A stretch of 64,000 nt of DNA from Bilabrum cf. latius (Eukaryota): NCBI GenBank assembly GCA_965178125.1, contig OZ237735.1:2728001-2792000 (forward strand). Reading direction: 5' to 3'. This document shows, one piece after another, positions 39,201 to 50,606 of the stretch (its first letter is position 1; each line of letters begins with the position of its first letter). The notes beneath the pieces are model-generated. The model saw nothing but the letters and a program-made list of their open reading frames with translations, was not told where the DNA came from and did no database searches. The translations under genes were made by a program, and so were the position numbers.

Positions 39201-40543
39201 CCACTCAGCTACAGACCCTGTAGGAAGCACGCCAGCTGCACGGTCTTGCCCAGGCCCATCTCGTCCCCGAGAATGCCTCCCTGACCCTTGCACCTGAGCC
39301 CCCACAGCCACCTCAACCCGGCCCTCTAGTACCGGTACAGTGCCCGCCAGGTCGCGTCGGGCACCGTTAGTCCTCTATGCTCGCACCCGGGCGCTCCCGT
39401 GGGACTCACTTTGCGCAGGACAGGGGCCCGCATGGCACCCCTCACCTGCTCCTCCAAGGGGACTGGCGGTCGTTCGCCACCTTCCTCCTCCTCCCCACCC
39501 GCAGCCTCCTGAACATGCTCCCTGTAGGCCCTCCGGAGCGTCCTGGCGAATCCTTTGGCCCTCCGCACGAATGCCTGGGAGTCGGACGCGTCCTGCACTG
39601 CACTGCCGCGGGAGCCGGTGGCACGACCTCCGACGATGGCCTCGTCATCCAGGTCTTCAAAGTGCACCCCATCGCTGTCCTCGTCCTCGTCCTCATCCTC
39701 GCCATCTTTGCTCCCTGCGCAGTCGCCCTTGCCTTTCCCCTTGTTCTTGGCCTTCCTCCTGGCCGATGGCCCCGCCCCGCTCCCGGAAGCAGCGCCAGCC
39801 CTCAGGCTACTGCCCTTTCTTCTTCTTGGACCTTTCCCCGATTCTTTTGATTCCTCGTCGCTGTATGACTCCTCGTCCAGCCCCTCAGGCAAGGAGGGCG
39901 CGCTGTAGGCGGCCGTGCTGGAGGCGTCATCTGCTGCCGGGGCACTGCCCTGTCGACGGGAGCGGAGCCTGCGGCCCTGTGCTGGAGGGGGCATTTGAGC
40001 TGAAGAGGACGACACTACACGAGTCTGGCCTTGGCCTACCTCATGGAATTGCTCGGCTGCTCTCCGGCGTCTACCTGCGGACATGTCGTTCTCGGGTTCA
40101 TCCTCGTCCGAGGCCTCGTCCAGCCCCTCATCATGCCTTCCCAAGTCCTACAAGTCATCGACCATGTCTTCCTGAGTACGCTTGCGCTTCTGTCCCGCTG
40201 CTTTAGCTGCTCTGCCGCTCTCTCGTCGCCTTTCTTGCATTCGTTCGTCTCTGAGCTGGATGAGCAGCTGCCTCTTCACACGTAAGCGGTCCAGTTTGGA
40301 CCGGTCCACTCGGTGCCCTTTCCTTGCAACCTTCATTGCTTCTTGCACCGCTCTTAGCTCAATAGATACCTAATCTCTGACCTTGGCAAGCACCGCGGCG
40401 ATCGCCTCTAGGCTTGCGTGAGTCCTCACTCCGGTGCTTGCAGCGGCATTTGCCTTCTTGCGCACCTGGTCCTCCACCAAGCTCGCGGCCATGCTGGTAG
40501 CACCTAGCATGCCGAGAGCAGCACCTAATCTATCATCGTCCAT
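36209..40543 (-). CDS. ERCC6: SNF2-family helicase, ERCC6/CSB/RAD26-like (1444 aa)
   Basis: Motifs LYRY[TAG][62 protein letters not shown][TAG][16 protein letters not shown] and [22 protein letters not shown]. One frame with about 16 TAG, ending in TGA. Confidence 0.9.
37400..37459 (-). repeat. Poly-Gln tract of mixed CAG and TAG codons
   Basis: The minus strand reads CAG CAG CAG TAG CAG CAG CAG TAG CAG CAG TAG CAG x6 ATG CAG TAG in the helicase frame. Confidence 0.9.
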
Positions 40544-40740
40544 GGATAGTTGCACAATAACAGCTTGTACCTCAGGTGGAATAATGCACACGCATTGAGC
40601 AGCGCATTGCAGCCAAATGACGAGTGTGACAGCTCGGCAAGAAAGGTGTGCCAGCACAAAAAGAAGCAGTGTTAGTCGCCAACCATTGCGTGGCCGGATT
40701 ATATCTGTGCTACTGCTCCGGGATAGAGCCGCCTTCGTGC

Positions 40741-43406
40741 ATGATTCGAGCGCCTGTCCGTCGGTTAGCGATGTCGGCCTCGAGTATTGCTTCGGCGGCA
40801 TAGCGTATGTACGCGTTTCAATTGGTACAGAAATTCGGTGCCAAGCACGCCCTCAGCTTCTGTCTGCCGGAGCTGAAGGCGGTCATGCTTAACTATGGAG
40901 TTGATCCGGCAGCCTCGTTGGCATCAGTGGATGATATATCGTTCCCCGGCTGGCCGGTCGTTTTCGCCCGACTTCCCGACGATGCCACAGCAACAAAGAT
41001 ATGCGAATAGGTTATTTTATGTCATAAAGTGGGCGAGGTCTTACTACGTGGAGACAGTCCGGCAGATTTGAGCCAGTAGATCCGGGAACCAAACTCGATC
41101 ATCGGGCAGCAACAGGTGGATCGCTTGCGCCAAATAGCCGAGGGCCGCCCAAGCTTTCGCACGCGAGAGACTAAGTTTTCTACCGTCCCGAACTCGCTCC
41201 GGTTGTCCAGCGCTGGCCATGTGTATCTTCGGGAGCCGGTTCTGAACGAGATGGTGGCGCAGTGCGGCTTCGGCGGGTGCAAGGTGCAGCTGAAGGATCC
41301 CGAATGCGCCCTCGAGCTATGGGCCAGGTGTGAGCCCACAAAGGCTTCTGGCGATAGCAAGTAGGCTGTTAAATCGTCAGCCGTCGCGGGTGCCGGTTCG
41401 AAGCCGGCAGCTGCAGGTGAGGGTGCGGGGGAGGCGGCAGCGAGCAAGGCGTCGTCCATGCCTTCCGAGCTGGAAGGGCTGAACCACGTGATGCTGCTGC
41501 GCACAGTGGGCCGCAGTAAGCGCACGGAGGTGCTTAAGGCGCACAGCCTCAAGACGCGCGCCTTTCTGGGTCCCACCTCGATGGATCCGGAGCTTGCTCT
41601 CGTCATGGCCAACATCGCCAGGTGCAGGCCGGGCACTCTGGCGATGGACATGTACGGAGGCACGGGGGGCATCATGCTGGCGGCAGCTCAGCAGGGCAGC
41701 GCGGTGGTTGGCTGCGACATCGACTACCTTGTGCTGCGGGGCAAGGCCGGGAGGGACGCCAGCACGAACTTCAAGGACCAAGGGCTCCCTAGGCCCGACT
41801 GGCTGCTGTGCGACGTGAGCAGGCCCCCGCTGCGGGGCGACGATGCATTCGTCGCGATGCGGGCCACCTCTAGGGCGGCTGACCTGGAGGGGGGCAGGAG
41901 GCCGGAGGGCAGCAGCAGCGGGAGCGGGAGCAGCAGCGGGAGCGGGAGCGGGAGCGGAGGGGGGAAGGGAGAGGGGCTAGCCGAGTGGGCCGGGCTGCAG
42001 GGGCCCAGGCTACCCGTTCAGCCGCGCATGGGCATCGACTGCATCGTGACAGACCCTCCCTATGGCATCCGCGCGGGCGCGAAGTGCGTGAGGAGAGAGG
42101 CAGACGAGGCGGCGGTACCCATGCCCGAGTCGCTGAGGCGCACGCACATCCCGCGTAAGGCCAACTTCCGGCCCTCGGACATGCTGTTTCGGATGCTGGA
42201 TTTCGCCGCTATGCACCTGCCGTCCGGGGGTCGCATCGTGTACCTGCTGCCCGTGACCATGCGCCAGCATGAGGGCCAGCTGCCGGCACACCCGCTGATG
42301 ACGCCCGTGGCATGCGCCTACAACAAGCTGGGCATGGCGCACGGCCGGTTCATCGTGGGCATGGAGCGTCTCGAGGGTCCCTACGACGAAGAGAAGGCGC
42401 AGGCGGGGGAGTACCGCCGCTTCTTTGATGAGAAAGCCTCTAAGAGCGGGATCAACTTCGATACGCTGCCCGAGGACCTGCAGGCCGTGCGGGAGGACGA
42501 GATGGCCAAGGGCGTGGAGGCGCATCGGGCGGCGGGGGCGGCATCGGGGGGCGCTGGCAAGAAGAAAGCGCTGAAGAAGAAGAAAGGGAACCAGACAAAG
42601 GGGCTTAGTGCCTAGGGAGAGGCGAGTGCTCCGATGCAGGACAGCGACGTGGACAGCGGCGAGGAGGAGGCCTCTGGTGCAGCAGTTGATATGTCACAGA
42701 GGAGGGCCCGTCGGCTGGCTGACATGAAAAGGCGCAGGGCAGCGCGGGCTGAGGCGCGGAAGGGGCCGGAGCAGGGGTGGGCCGGAGCTCGGGGCAAGGT
42801 TGGGGGCGGGGCAGGAGAGGCAGGGGTGTAGGATGGGGATGGAGATGGAGAGGCCATGCCTGCGGGCAGCAAGCGGAAGGCAGGCAGCGCCTCTGGACCA
42901 TCTGCGGGGGTGGAGGAGGGCGCTGAAGGCGGGTCTCGGCCCAGCAAGCAGTCGAGGGTGTCCTCCGGAAAGGGCAAGAAGGTCTACGAGAAGGGCATCA
43001 CGGGAGAGAAGGGCCGAGCCAGGGACGTCGTGTCCATGATGGCAGCAGCCAAGGCAGCGGGGCGAGCGGCCGAGGATGGGGCTGACCTGCCTGGCAGGGG
43101 ACCAGGGCTGGCTGCTGCATCTGGGAGCGGCGGCAAGGTGTCAGTCCCCGCGGGTGGCTTCCTGCGGCCAGATGGGGGCCTTAACGTCTCTGGGGTCAAG
43201 TTCGACAGGGCCGATCCGCTGGCCCAGCCGGTCACTGTGCACAGGTCCGTGCCGCTGTCGCTGTCGGTGGCCACCGCTGGCAGCGAGGTGGGGTCCGCGG
43301 GAGACGCTGACCGGCGAAAGTTGCTTGAGGTGGCAGTGGTAGAGCTCCCGTTCGTCTCGTTTGCGGGGTGTGCGAGTCCTGTCCCTGCCTCTGCCTCTGC
43401 TCCAGC

Positions 43407-43446
<40 letters not shown>

Positions 43447-43656
43447 GGAGGCGCAGAAGCCGCGGCCAGTGCCACGGCCCCCTCCGTGCCCGAAGACCGC
43501 AGGTAGCTGCTGGAGGCATGGGTGGATGGTCGGCTGTGGCAGATCGCTCCCTCTTTGAACCCGCGGGAGGCCCCTTCGGAGGAGGACTTCGTGAGGCTGG
43601 TGCGGGAGAAGAAGGAGAGGGACCGAGAGAGGAAGAGAGGCGGGAAGGAAGCCTGA
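40741..43656 (+). CDS. TRM11: tRNA (guanine-10-N2)-methyltransferase TRM11-like with a long C-terminal extension
   Basis: Motifs SLKTRAFLGPTSMDPELALVMAN, DCIVTDPPYGIRAG and GGRIVYLLP. ORFs at 40807, 41116, 41458, 42634 and 42856 share one frame with 7 TAG; the first TGA is at 43654-43656. The start could instead be 40771. Confidence 0.8.
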
Positions 43657-43773
43657 GGGGCATGGCTTCAAAGCTACTAGTACATGGAGCAAATGCCGTG
43701 CTCGGTGTCACTCCAGATCCAAAAATATACTTTCTATTCTGGTTCCAAAGTTGTGCTACAGCCCGCACCCCAA

Positions 43774-44516
43774 TCACTCCTTCTACGTCAGCACGAAGAT
43801 GCCCATCAAAGCTATCACCAGAAACTTGACGGTCTAGTTCTCATTCAAGAGGATCGTTGCATGTCCTGCGTACGGGATGAAACCCACCGCACGGCCCATC
43901 ATTGCCTCCCTATTCAGCCAGAGCTGGCCCTCATTGTACAGCCCGCGGTCGTCGATCCTGTTGTTGTCTCCTTTGGTCAAGTACAGCGTATCATCCTCAT
44001 CAACAAACTCATGTCTTTCCATTACTCTGTGCACAATCGGAATATCCTTTCCCTCCAGTTTGTACACGACAATTTCACCCTGCGCGATGGCGGGATGATG
44101 CAACGTTGCTGGCGAAAGCACGATTTGAAGGTTGCTCAGGGTGCTGTTAGTGCACAGTAGCGACCGCAAAACTCACAATCTGCATGATTTCAGGGTTATT
44201 ATCCAGGAACAGGATATCACCCTTGTACATTGCGGTCTCCATGCTGCCGCTGAGCACCACTACGACCGGGCTTTCACTCCTGGTCAGCACCATGAGCCCA
44301 CGCCACATCATGAGAGCAGAAAATGCTACCATAGCAAGGTTCAGAACAGAGAAACTCAACTGCGGACGGAGGGGTGTCGAACAAAGATTGGATTGCTCAG
44401 GGTGCTGGAAGGACACGCACATAATGTGATCATGTTCGTGCTGAAACGTAGCCCACCTATCGCTTGTCCTTCCACATCGCCTACAACTAGTCATACATGT
44501 CCCCAAGCCCTAGCAT
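43774..44516 (-). CDS. SEC11: Signal peptidase complex catalytic subunit SEC11; introns 44360-44456 and 44080-44176
   Basis: The spliced product contains DKR[TAG][41 protein letters not shown] and the C-terminus GIFVLT[TAG]KE-TGA. Five in-frame TAG. Confidence 0.93.
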
Positions 44517-44640
44517 TTTTGCTATCGACGCCATGTTGCAGCTACTTGTGCAAATCCCGATTCACAAATAATTTGTAGCGTGTTATTTCAACTGCAACTC
44601 GTGCTCTGTACCGTGATTACCAAATTTACGGATACTGACG

Positions 44641-46131
44641 ATGAGACTAGCAAGATTTTCCAGATCACGTTTGTCAGAATGTTGTTTCCAAAGGCGAGAG
44701 CGTCGCACATGTGCGCGCAGACTTCAGCAAGCGGCAAACTTGCCGCACCAGCTCACGCTATTCCTGTCCAATCTCGACCCTACTGTCAGCGAGACGGAAT
44801 TATCCGCGTATCTAGGTGCGGCTGGAAACATCGAACAGGTCTCTATCATCCGGTAGAATGGTCACTCTGTCGGAATGGCGTGAGATATGCTATTGAGGTC
44901 CTCTATAGCAATTGCTTCCGTTGCACCAGCTTGCCTCAGCTGCTAGCTATCCCGGATTTGAATTCACCAGAGACATCGCAGAGCTGCGCGATTCAGCAAC
45001 CATGAAGCTGTTGCTCGCGTTCAGAAGGTTGCACAACGGGAGTTGTTGCTTGGGAGACCAGTTTGGATTTCCAGTATTCTTCCCCCAACTCTGCCGGAGG
45101 AAGAAGTCGAGGCTTCGAAAGTTTCGTCAGACTCGCATAGGTCTGCTTCAGCACGAACACCTGTGAACCCAGGCAATGTGCCCCGCAGCGGCGGCACTGA
45201 ACCGGTGCCAAAGGAGAGAATCGGCAGGGGCAAAAGCAGGACCCAAGGGGCGGGCAATACGAGCAAGGGCATCGAAACTCTGCTCATCAAACAGGTTCCT
45301 GCCTCTGTATCAGCCGCTCAAATTGCCCGTGCGCTCCTCCCTCACGTCTCGATCGCCCGCATTCTTGAGCAGCGCGCCTTCACGCCCGCCCCCAAGCGCG
45401 GCAAGAAGCAGCGCCCGCGCAACCTCAGGGTGGAGCTCACGGGCGCCATCCCGCACCAAATCGCCAAGTGCATCCCGCCTCTACGACTAGCCGTCCCCCC
45501 CGGCGAGACGCGCGGGGACTCGCACGAGCAGCAGCAAGCGTCCAGGCCTGGGCCTGGTGCGGGAGGGGCGGCGGGAGGGCTGCATGGCGGGGACTCGCAC
45601 GATAGCGCGATGCAGCTGCTGCAGATAGCGGTCAATCCTATAGCCCCGAGCCAGCACTAGAGGGGTTCGGGCAGGAGGCGTCCGGTGCAGTGGGATGAGG
45701 TCTACAAGGCCCACGCCCAGGCCGGTGGGCATACCCGTGGTGGATCCACCGGTCGAGCTGCGGCTCTCAGGACCTCGGCGGACAGCCCAGGCCGCTCGCG
45801 GTCCCAATCTCCTCATGGTCTCGTGCTGCCGCTGGCAGTGAGCAATCAGACCGGGGCCGGTGATAGGGGCGGGCCAGTCACTGCCACACAGTAGGGCAGC
45901 AGGCGGGCCGGGGGCAGTACGGAAGGTGCCGCGGGAGTGTACGCGGCTGCCGAGCAGCTGAGCCGGCGTATGACGCAGAGAATGGTGGCAGGAGGAGTGG
46001 CCAGCAGAGGGGCGGGCCCAGGGGTCGGAAGGAGACTGAAGGGTGGGTCGCAGCAGCGAAAATCTGCAGGTTGGGATGGGCCACAAGGGCAAAGGGACGA
46101 GGCAGGCGAGCAGGACGGTGGCCGGAGGTAA
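44641..46131 (+). CDS. RRM-domain protein; predicted intron 44880-44981
   Basis: RNP2-like TLFLSNLDPTVSETEL, and spliced GHSVGMAAARF..LLGRPVWI. The frame continues across TAG at 44854, 45658 and 45892 to TAA. Both ends are uncertain. Confidence 0.6.
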
Positions 46132-46344
46132 CTGAAATTCTGGTTGGATTCCTCGTATAGACCGATTGCCAGGTAATTTGAACTGTCTCTGACCACACGA
46201 ACGTTCATCTACGGTACACGAACAAGGTCATAACGCACACGCAAAGCAGCACAGCAGCCGAAAGGGCCGCCGTGGGCCAGCGCGCACAGCACGGCCAGCC
46301 AATCCCGAGATGCGGCCAATCGCACGATTGATCACTGTGGGTAC

Positions 46345-48238
46345 TTATTCGGCCAGGAATTCGGCTTCAATCGTGGACCACTCGTCTACAGGGTCGTCTT
46401 GATGCCTCACAGGGGTGTCCTCTGGCATGTAGCCCGCCTCGACCCACGCGAGCATCTGGGCTGTGCTGAAGGGGCCCTGGTGTTGGCCCTGCTTATCGCG
46501 GTACGTCCACACTGGAGCGGTCTCGTCTTCCTCGTCTTCCTCTTCGCCTTCAGCACCAGCATCTGCCGGCTCGGGGGCTGCATCGGCCGGTACCACCCCG
46601 TTGGCCTCCGCTGCCGGAGTCTCTGCCGATTCCACTGGCTCAGGCGCGGCTCCGCTCGATGGTTCATCAGCGGCACCACCTCTGTGCAGCAGCGCAGCCG
46701 CAGAAGGAGCTGCCGCCACCTCCCTCGCTTCCACGTCAGCTTCCACGTCGTCCTCCTCCTCTGCCTCCTCGGGCAGTTCGAATGCCTGTCCCACTGTCTT
46801 GAAGAACCCGAACTGCTCCTGGTCCCTGTGCCTCAGCGGCTGCTCTCCGGGGAAGTGCCCAGCCTGCACCCACTCGTCCATCTGCTCGGTGCTGAAGGGG
46901 CCCTGCCCCCGCTCCTGGGCGTCCTTGTAGAACCACACCGGGTCATCGGGGGCGTCGAAGGCAGCATCCACCAGCGCCTCCCATACAGGATCGTCTTCTT
47001 CCTCTTCTCCCGCCTTTTCCTCCGTATTCAGCACCTCTTCAGCCTCCTCCTTCGCTGATTTTGATGCTGATGCTTCCGCTGTTCCACCGTCGTTAATGGA
47101 TGCCGCCGGAGGCTCCCTGGCAACGCCCTCGCCCACCACTTCGCCTGCTCCACCCTGCGCCGCCCCACCCCCGCCCTCCTGCTCCTGCTCCTGGATCTTG
47201 TCCTCCGCCATGGCCAGAATGTCCTCCACCGTCGAGTAGGATTCCCAGCCGTAGTGACAGATGAGCAGGTCTTTATCCCAGAAAAATCCAGCCGAGAACC
47301 ACTGCGAAAGTATGGAAGGGAACACAGTGATTGTGGGCAGAACAATGACGAAACACCTCGTGCAAGGCGCAGCTGTGACCCTCGCACCACGACGACAAGA
47401 CCCCTCTGGTCTCGCCCGAGAGCGCTGCCAGCAGTGCAGTCCTCACTTTGTACATCTTCTTGCCCTCAAAGGGCCCCTGCTGCTTCTCGTCTGCGTCGAT
47501 GAAGTACCACTGCTTTCCTTGCGCGAAGAAGTCCTTCACCCAGGGGGTATACCTCTTGATCTCGCTCTGGCTCACCATGCGGTCCTCGGGCTTGGACGCA
47601 GCCTCGGCCACCTGGCTGTCGCGAGCCGCCTCCTGCTCGGCCTGCTCGGAGGCACGCAGTGCGGCGGCCTCTTCCTGCGCGGCCCGCTCCGCCCTGTCCA
47701 TATCCCCGCTCCTCTCTGCCTCTGCCCTCTCCCTGCCCTTGGCCAGCGCGCGGTGCTTGAGCCTGGCCGCCTCCAGCTGCTTCTGCCGCCGCTCCTCCAG
47801 CGCGATCCCTGCAGCTGCTCGCATGACATCATCGGCATTATCAGGCAAAAATGCGCGGTCATCCTCGGGGAACACGTCGCGGAACTCGCTCCAGGTGCTG
47901 CCCAGCTGGTTGGCCACGCCCTGGGGAAAGCTGGAGCCGGGCTGAGGGGCGGCCCGCAGCAGCATCTTGTCCGGGCGCAGGTACCCGCTATCTAACCAAT
48001 GACGCATTTGCTCCCATGAAAACGGACCCTCTACTTTCGCGTAGTACCATAATGGCGCGTCGGCACCCAATCCTTTCGCTTGGGGGTGCTCGCTAAATCC
48101 TCGAAAGCAATTGCGGCAAATCGTCGCTCTCCAATGGTTAGGGCGGAAACTGAGACAAGCACGTGGTGCCATTCTACCACTTGGGGTGCCGGCGGCAGCC
48201 GCTCCCGCTTTGCTGCGTTTTCCCGTCGTCGTAGACAT
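46345..48238 (-). CDS. Protein with four GYF-like domains and an N-terminal Cys/His motif; intron 47302-47446
   Basis: Four copies of W-x-Y/F..GPF..M..W..GY/F. Splicing joins GPFEGKKMYK to WFSAGFF. The N-terminus has CLSFRPNHWRATICRNCFRGFSEH. Ends in TAA. Confidence 0.8.
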
Positions 48239-48818
48239 GGCTCGGTATGCAATTCCTGCGCACGGGGCGATTGCCAGCACCAATGCAAGAGGATGGGCTC
48301 AGCTTTGGCGACGGAAGTGATTTCATATATCATGAATGGTTGTACTGTGTAACCATAGGCGCCAGCTATGCAGAGACCGTGGTATAAAATAGGTTGCACA
48401 AACGACTTCGAGCCGTTTGAAGCCGTGGAACGGAGCCCGCCCATGGAGTAACACGCAAACGACCACCTCAGCGATGTACCCATGACCAACGAAATAATCG
48501 AATCACGAGCAGACCCAAACTCCGTGGCTTGTCCTCAATTACCCATGAGCTTGCTCCGGGTCAGTAGCGGCTCTGGTGTCTTGCTTGCAAAACTTCTACA
48601 ACCATTCAGACACTTCTTCCACAAAGATTAATACTTACTCGATTCAAAAGCTCGAGAAAACTTAAGCAACCGAAGGGATCAGGCGCTACCAGTTGATTCT
48701 GTGAATTGGATCGCTTCTGCTTGCGACCACACAACAAAATATCTTCATCTTCAAACATAGGTTACAACCGTTCCCGACCCAAAATTTCTTCGTGCACAGT
48801 ATTTAAGTCCGTACAAGT

Positions 48819-50354
48819 ATGGATAGAGAGATTTTGCTCGATAGAATCAAAGGTCTTGTCTTTGGAATGGCGATGGGTGATGCGGTGGGATTGTCAACGG
48901 AGTTTATGTCCAAAGCGTAGGTTGAAGAGCAATATGGCACTCTTTTTGCAGACGGCAAGTACACATTTCGAGATATCAGGTGGAATAATCACAATCGTAG
49001 GTGGGCATGCGGTGACTGGACCGATGATACGGACCAAGCCATACTCCTGATGCAGAGTTTTGCGCAGCATTGGGGCCCAAGGGAAGCTTCATCACATGCA
49101 CACGAACCGCCAATACACGATTTTGCGAAGCGTCTCAGGTACTGGGCAATGTGTGGGTTTCCCGAGCTTGGTGATGAAGGAGGCATGGGCCTTGGCCTGA
49201 CCGTGAGCAGGTCAGTTTTTTCTCCTGAGTTCTTCGATAACCCAATCAAGTGCGCCGAGGCAGTGTGGGAGGCGTCTGGCCAGTTTCTCGCTGCCAATGG
49301 CGCAGTGATGCGGACCGCACCCATTGCAATCGCAACACTCGATGATCGAGCAGCATCATCGCGAGTTGCTGCGCAGCTGGCGCGCGTCACTCACGCCGAT
49401 CCTCGTGCGGTTGGGAGCGCCGTGGCCGTCACGATTGCGTGTAGAGAGGTCCTCTTGCGCGGGCTGGCAGGTGTAGGAATGCCTGCTAGCGATTCCAAAG
49501 CCCGAGCAGAGACAGGAGCGATAGCAGCCAGTGAGAGCAGCAGCGATACCCCTGCAGCCTCCGAAGAATCCAGGCGTGCGGCGGTCCCGGGACCTGTAGA
49601 ACTTGACGAGCTTGTGCAGCTGGCATTGGAAGTTGCCAAGCCGTACTGTAATCAGGTCGGGTACATGGACATGGGCACAGGGGAGGAAGATGAGGAAAAG
49701 GAGGAAGGTAAGGAAGGGAGTACCAAGGCCGAGGCGGAAGAATCACCGGTCGTTGGAGGAGATGCAGCATCGTCTGGTGCTGGTGCAGGTGCAGGTGCTG
49801 GTGCTGGCTCGGGTGCTGGTGCAGGTGCAGGTGCTGGTACAAGCACCCCGGCGCGCAAGTCGAAGCGGAAGGGAGGCTATGACCCCTCCACTGCGTTTGA
49901 GGAGCTGCGGACACACCTGCTGGCACCGACCCTGAGCGACCTTTCGCTGGACGATAGCAAGACAATGGGTTACACCTTGAAGACAGCAGCCGCGGGATTT
50001 GCCGCGATTCGGCAGCACGGGCCGGACTTCAGGCGGTGCATCTGCGCCATCACTGGCGAGGCAGGTGACGCGGACACCAACTGTGCGGTGGCTGGAGCCC
50101 TGCTTGGTGCCGCCACAGGGTACAAGGGCCTGCCCGCGGACTGGCTGGAGGCCATGCCCCACCGAGAGTGGCTGGAGTATCAAGTAGAGTGCTTCCTCGC
50201 GGCAGTGCGGCCCGAGCTTGGTGTGCGGCCGTCCGACGAGAAGGTGGCGAGCATGACAGAAGCCAGCCGCATGGCGCAAGAGGCCGTGGCGAGGAACAAG
50301 ACGGAGGGAGAGGATGCAGAAGATCGCAGCACGGGTGGGTGCCGACCTGCCTGA
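48819..50354 (+). CDS. ADP-ribosylglycohydrolase (ARH/DraG family)
   Basis: Motifs DRIKGLVFGMAMGDAVGLSTEF, GDWTDDTDQ, AANGAVMRTAP, THADP and GDADTNCAVAGALLG. One TAG at 48918-48920 lies between the first two conserved motifs. Confidence 0.9.
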
Positions 50355-50606
50355 CGGAGAGGTGTGTGTGTGGAGGAGGGGGGGCGGGGGCGGCTTATAG
50401 ATATCCGTGTCTGTTGTTCGTGCATGAGGGCATTATGTTGTAGGCCCAAGCAGCTCTACGCCCATCTCTATTTTTCTTGCTCCTGGTGTACCTTGATGAA
50501 TTTCATTGCGGCATCGCCACCCAAGGGGTTGGGATATCAGCTTCAGATTCCCCGATCGCCCGAGCCCCACCAAGTCCCCACCCAACCCCAAACCTTCTCA
50601 CGCCGC

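Noticed and set aside
38147-44459. TAG as pyrrolysine, as Trp via A-to-I editing, or as Leu/Tyr
   Set aside because: The most informative positions (SNF2 Q-motif, motif IV QMLD, SEC11 KRQL, poly-CAG runs) all indicate Gln. U-to-C editing to CAG cannot be excluded from DNA alone but is less parsimonious.
48239-48818. Possible small gene in larger intergenic gaps (also 17600-18700, 32550-33450, 61030-61430)
   Set aside because: The frames I examined were short or closed by TGA/TAA and had no recognisable motifs, so these are treated as intergenic or UTR. Small spliced genes cannot be excluded.
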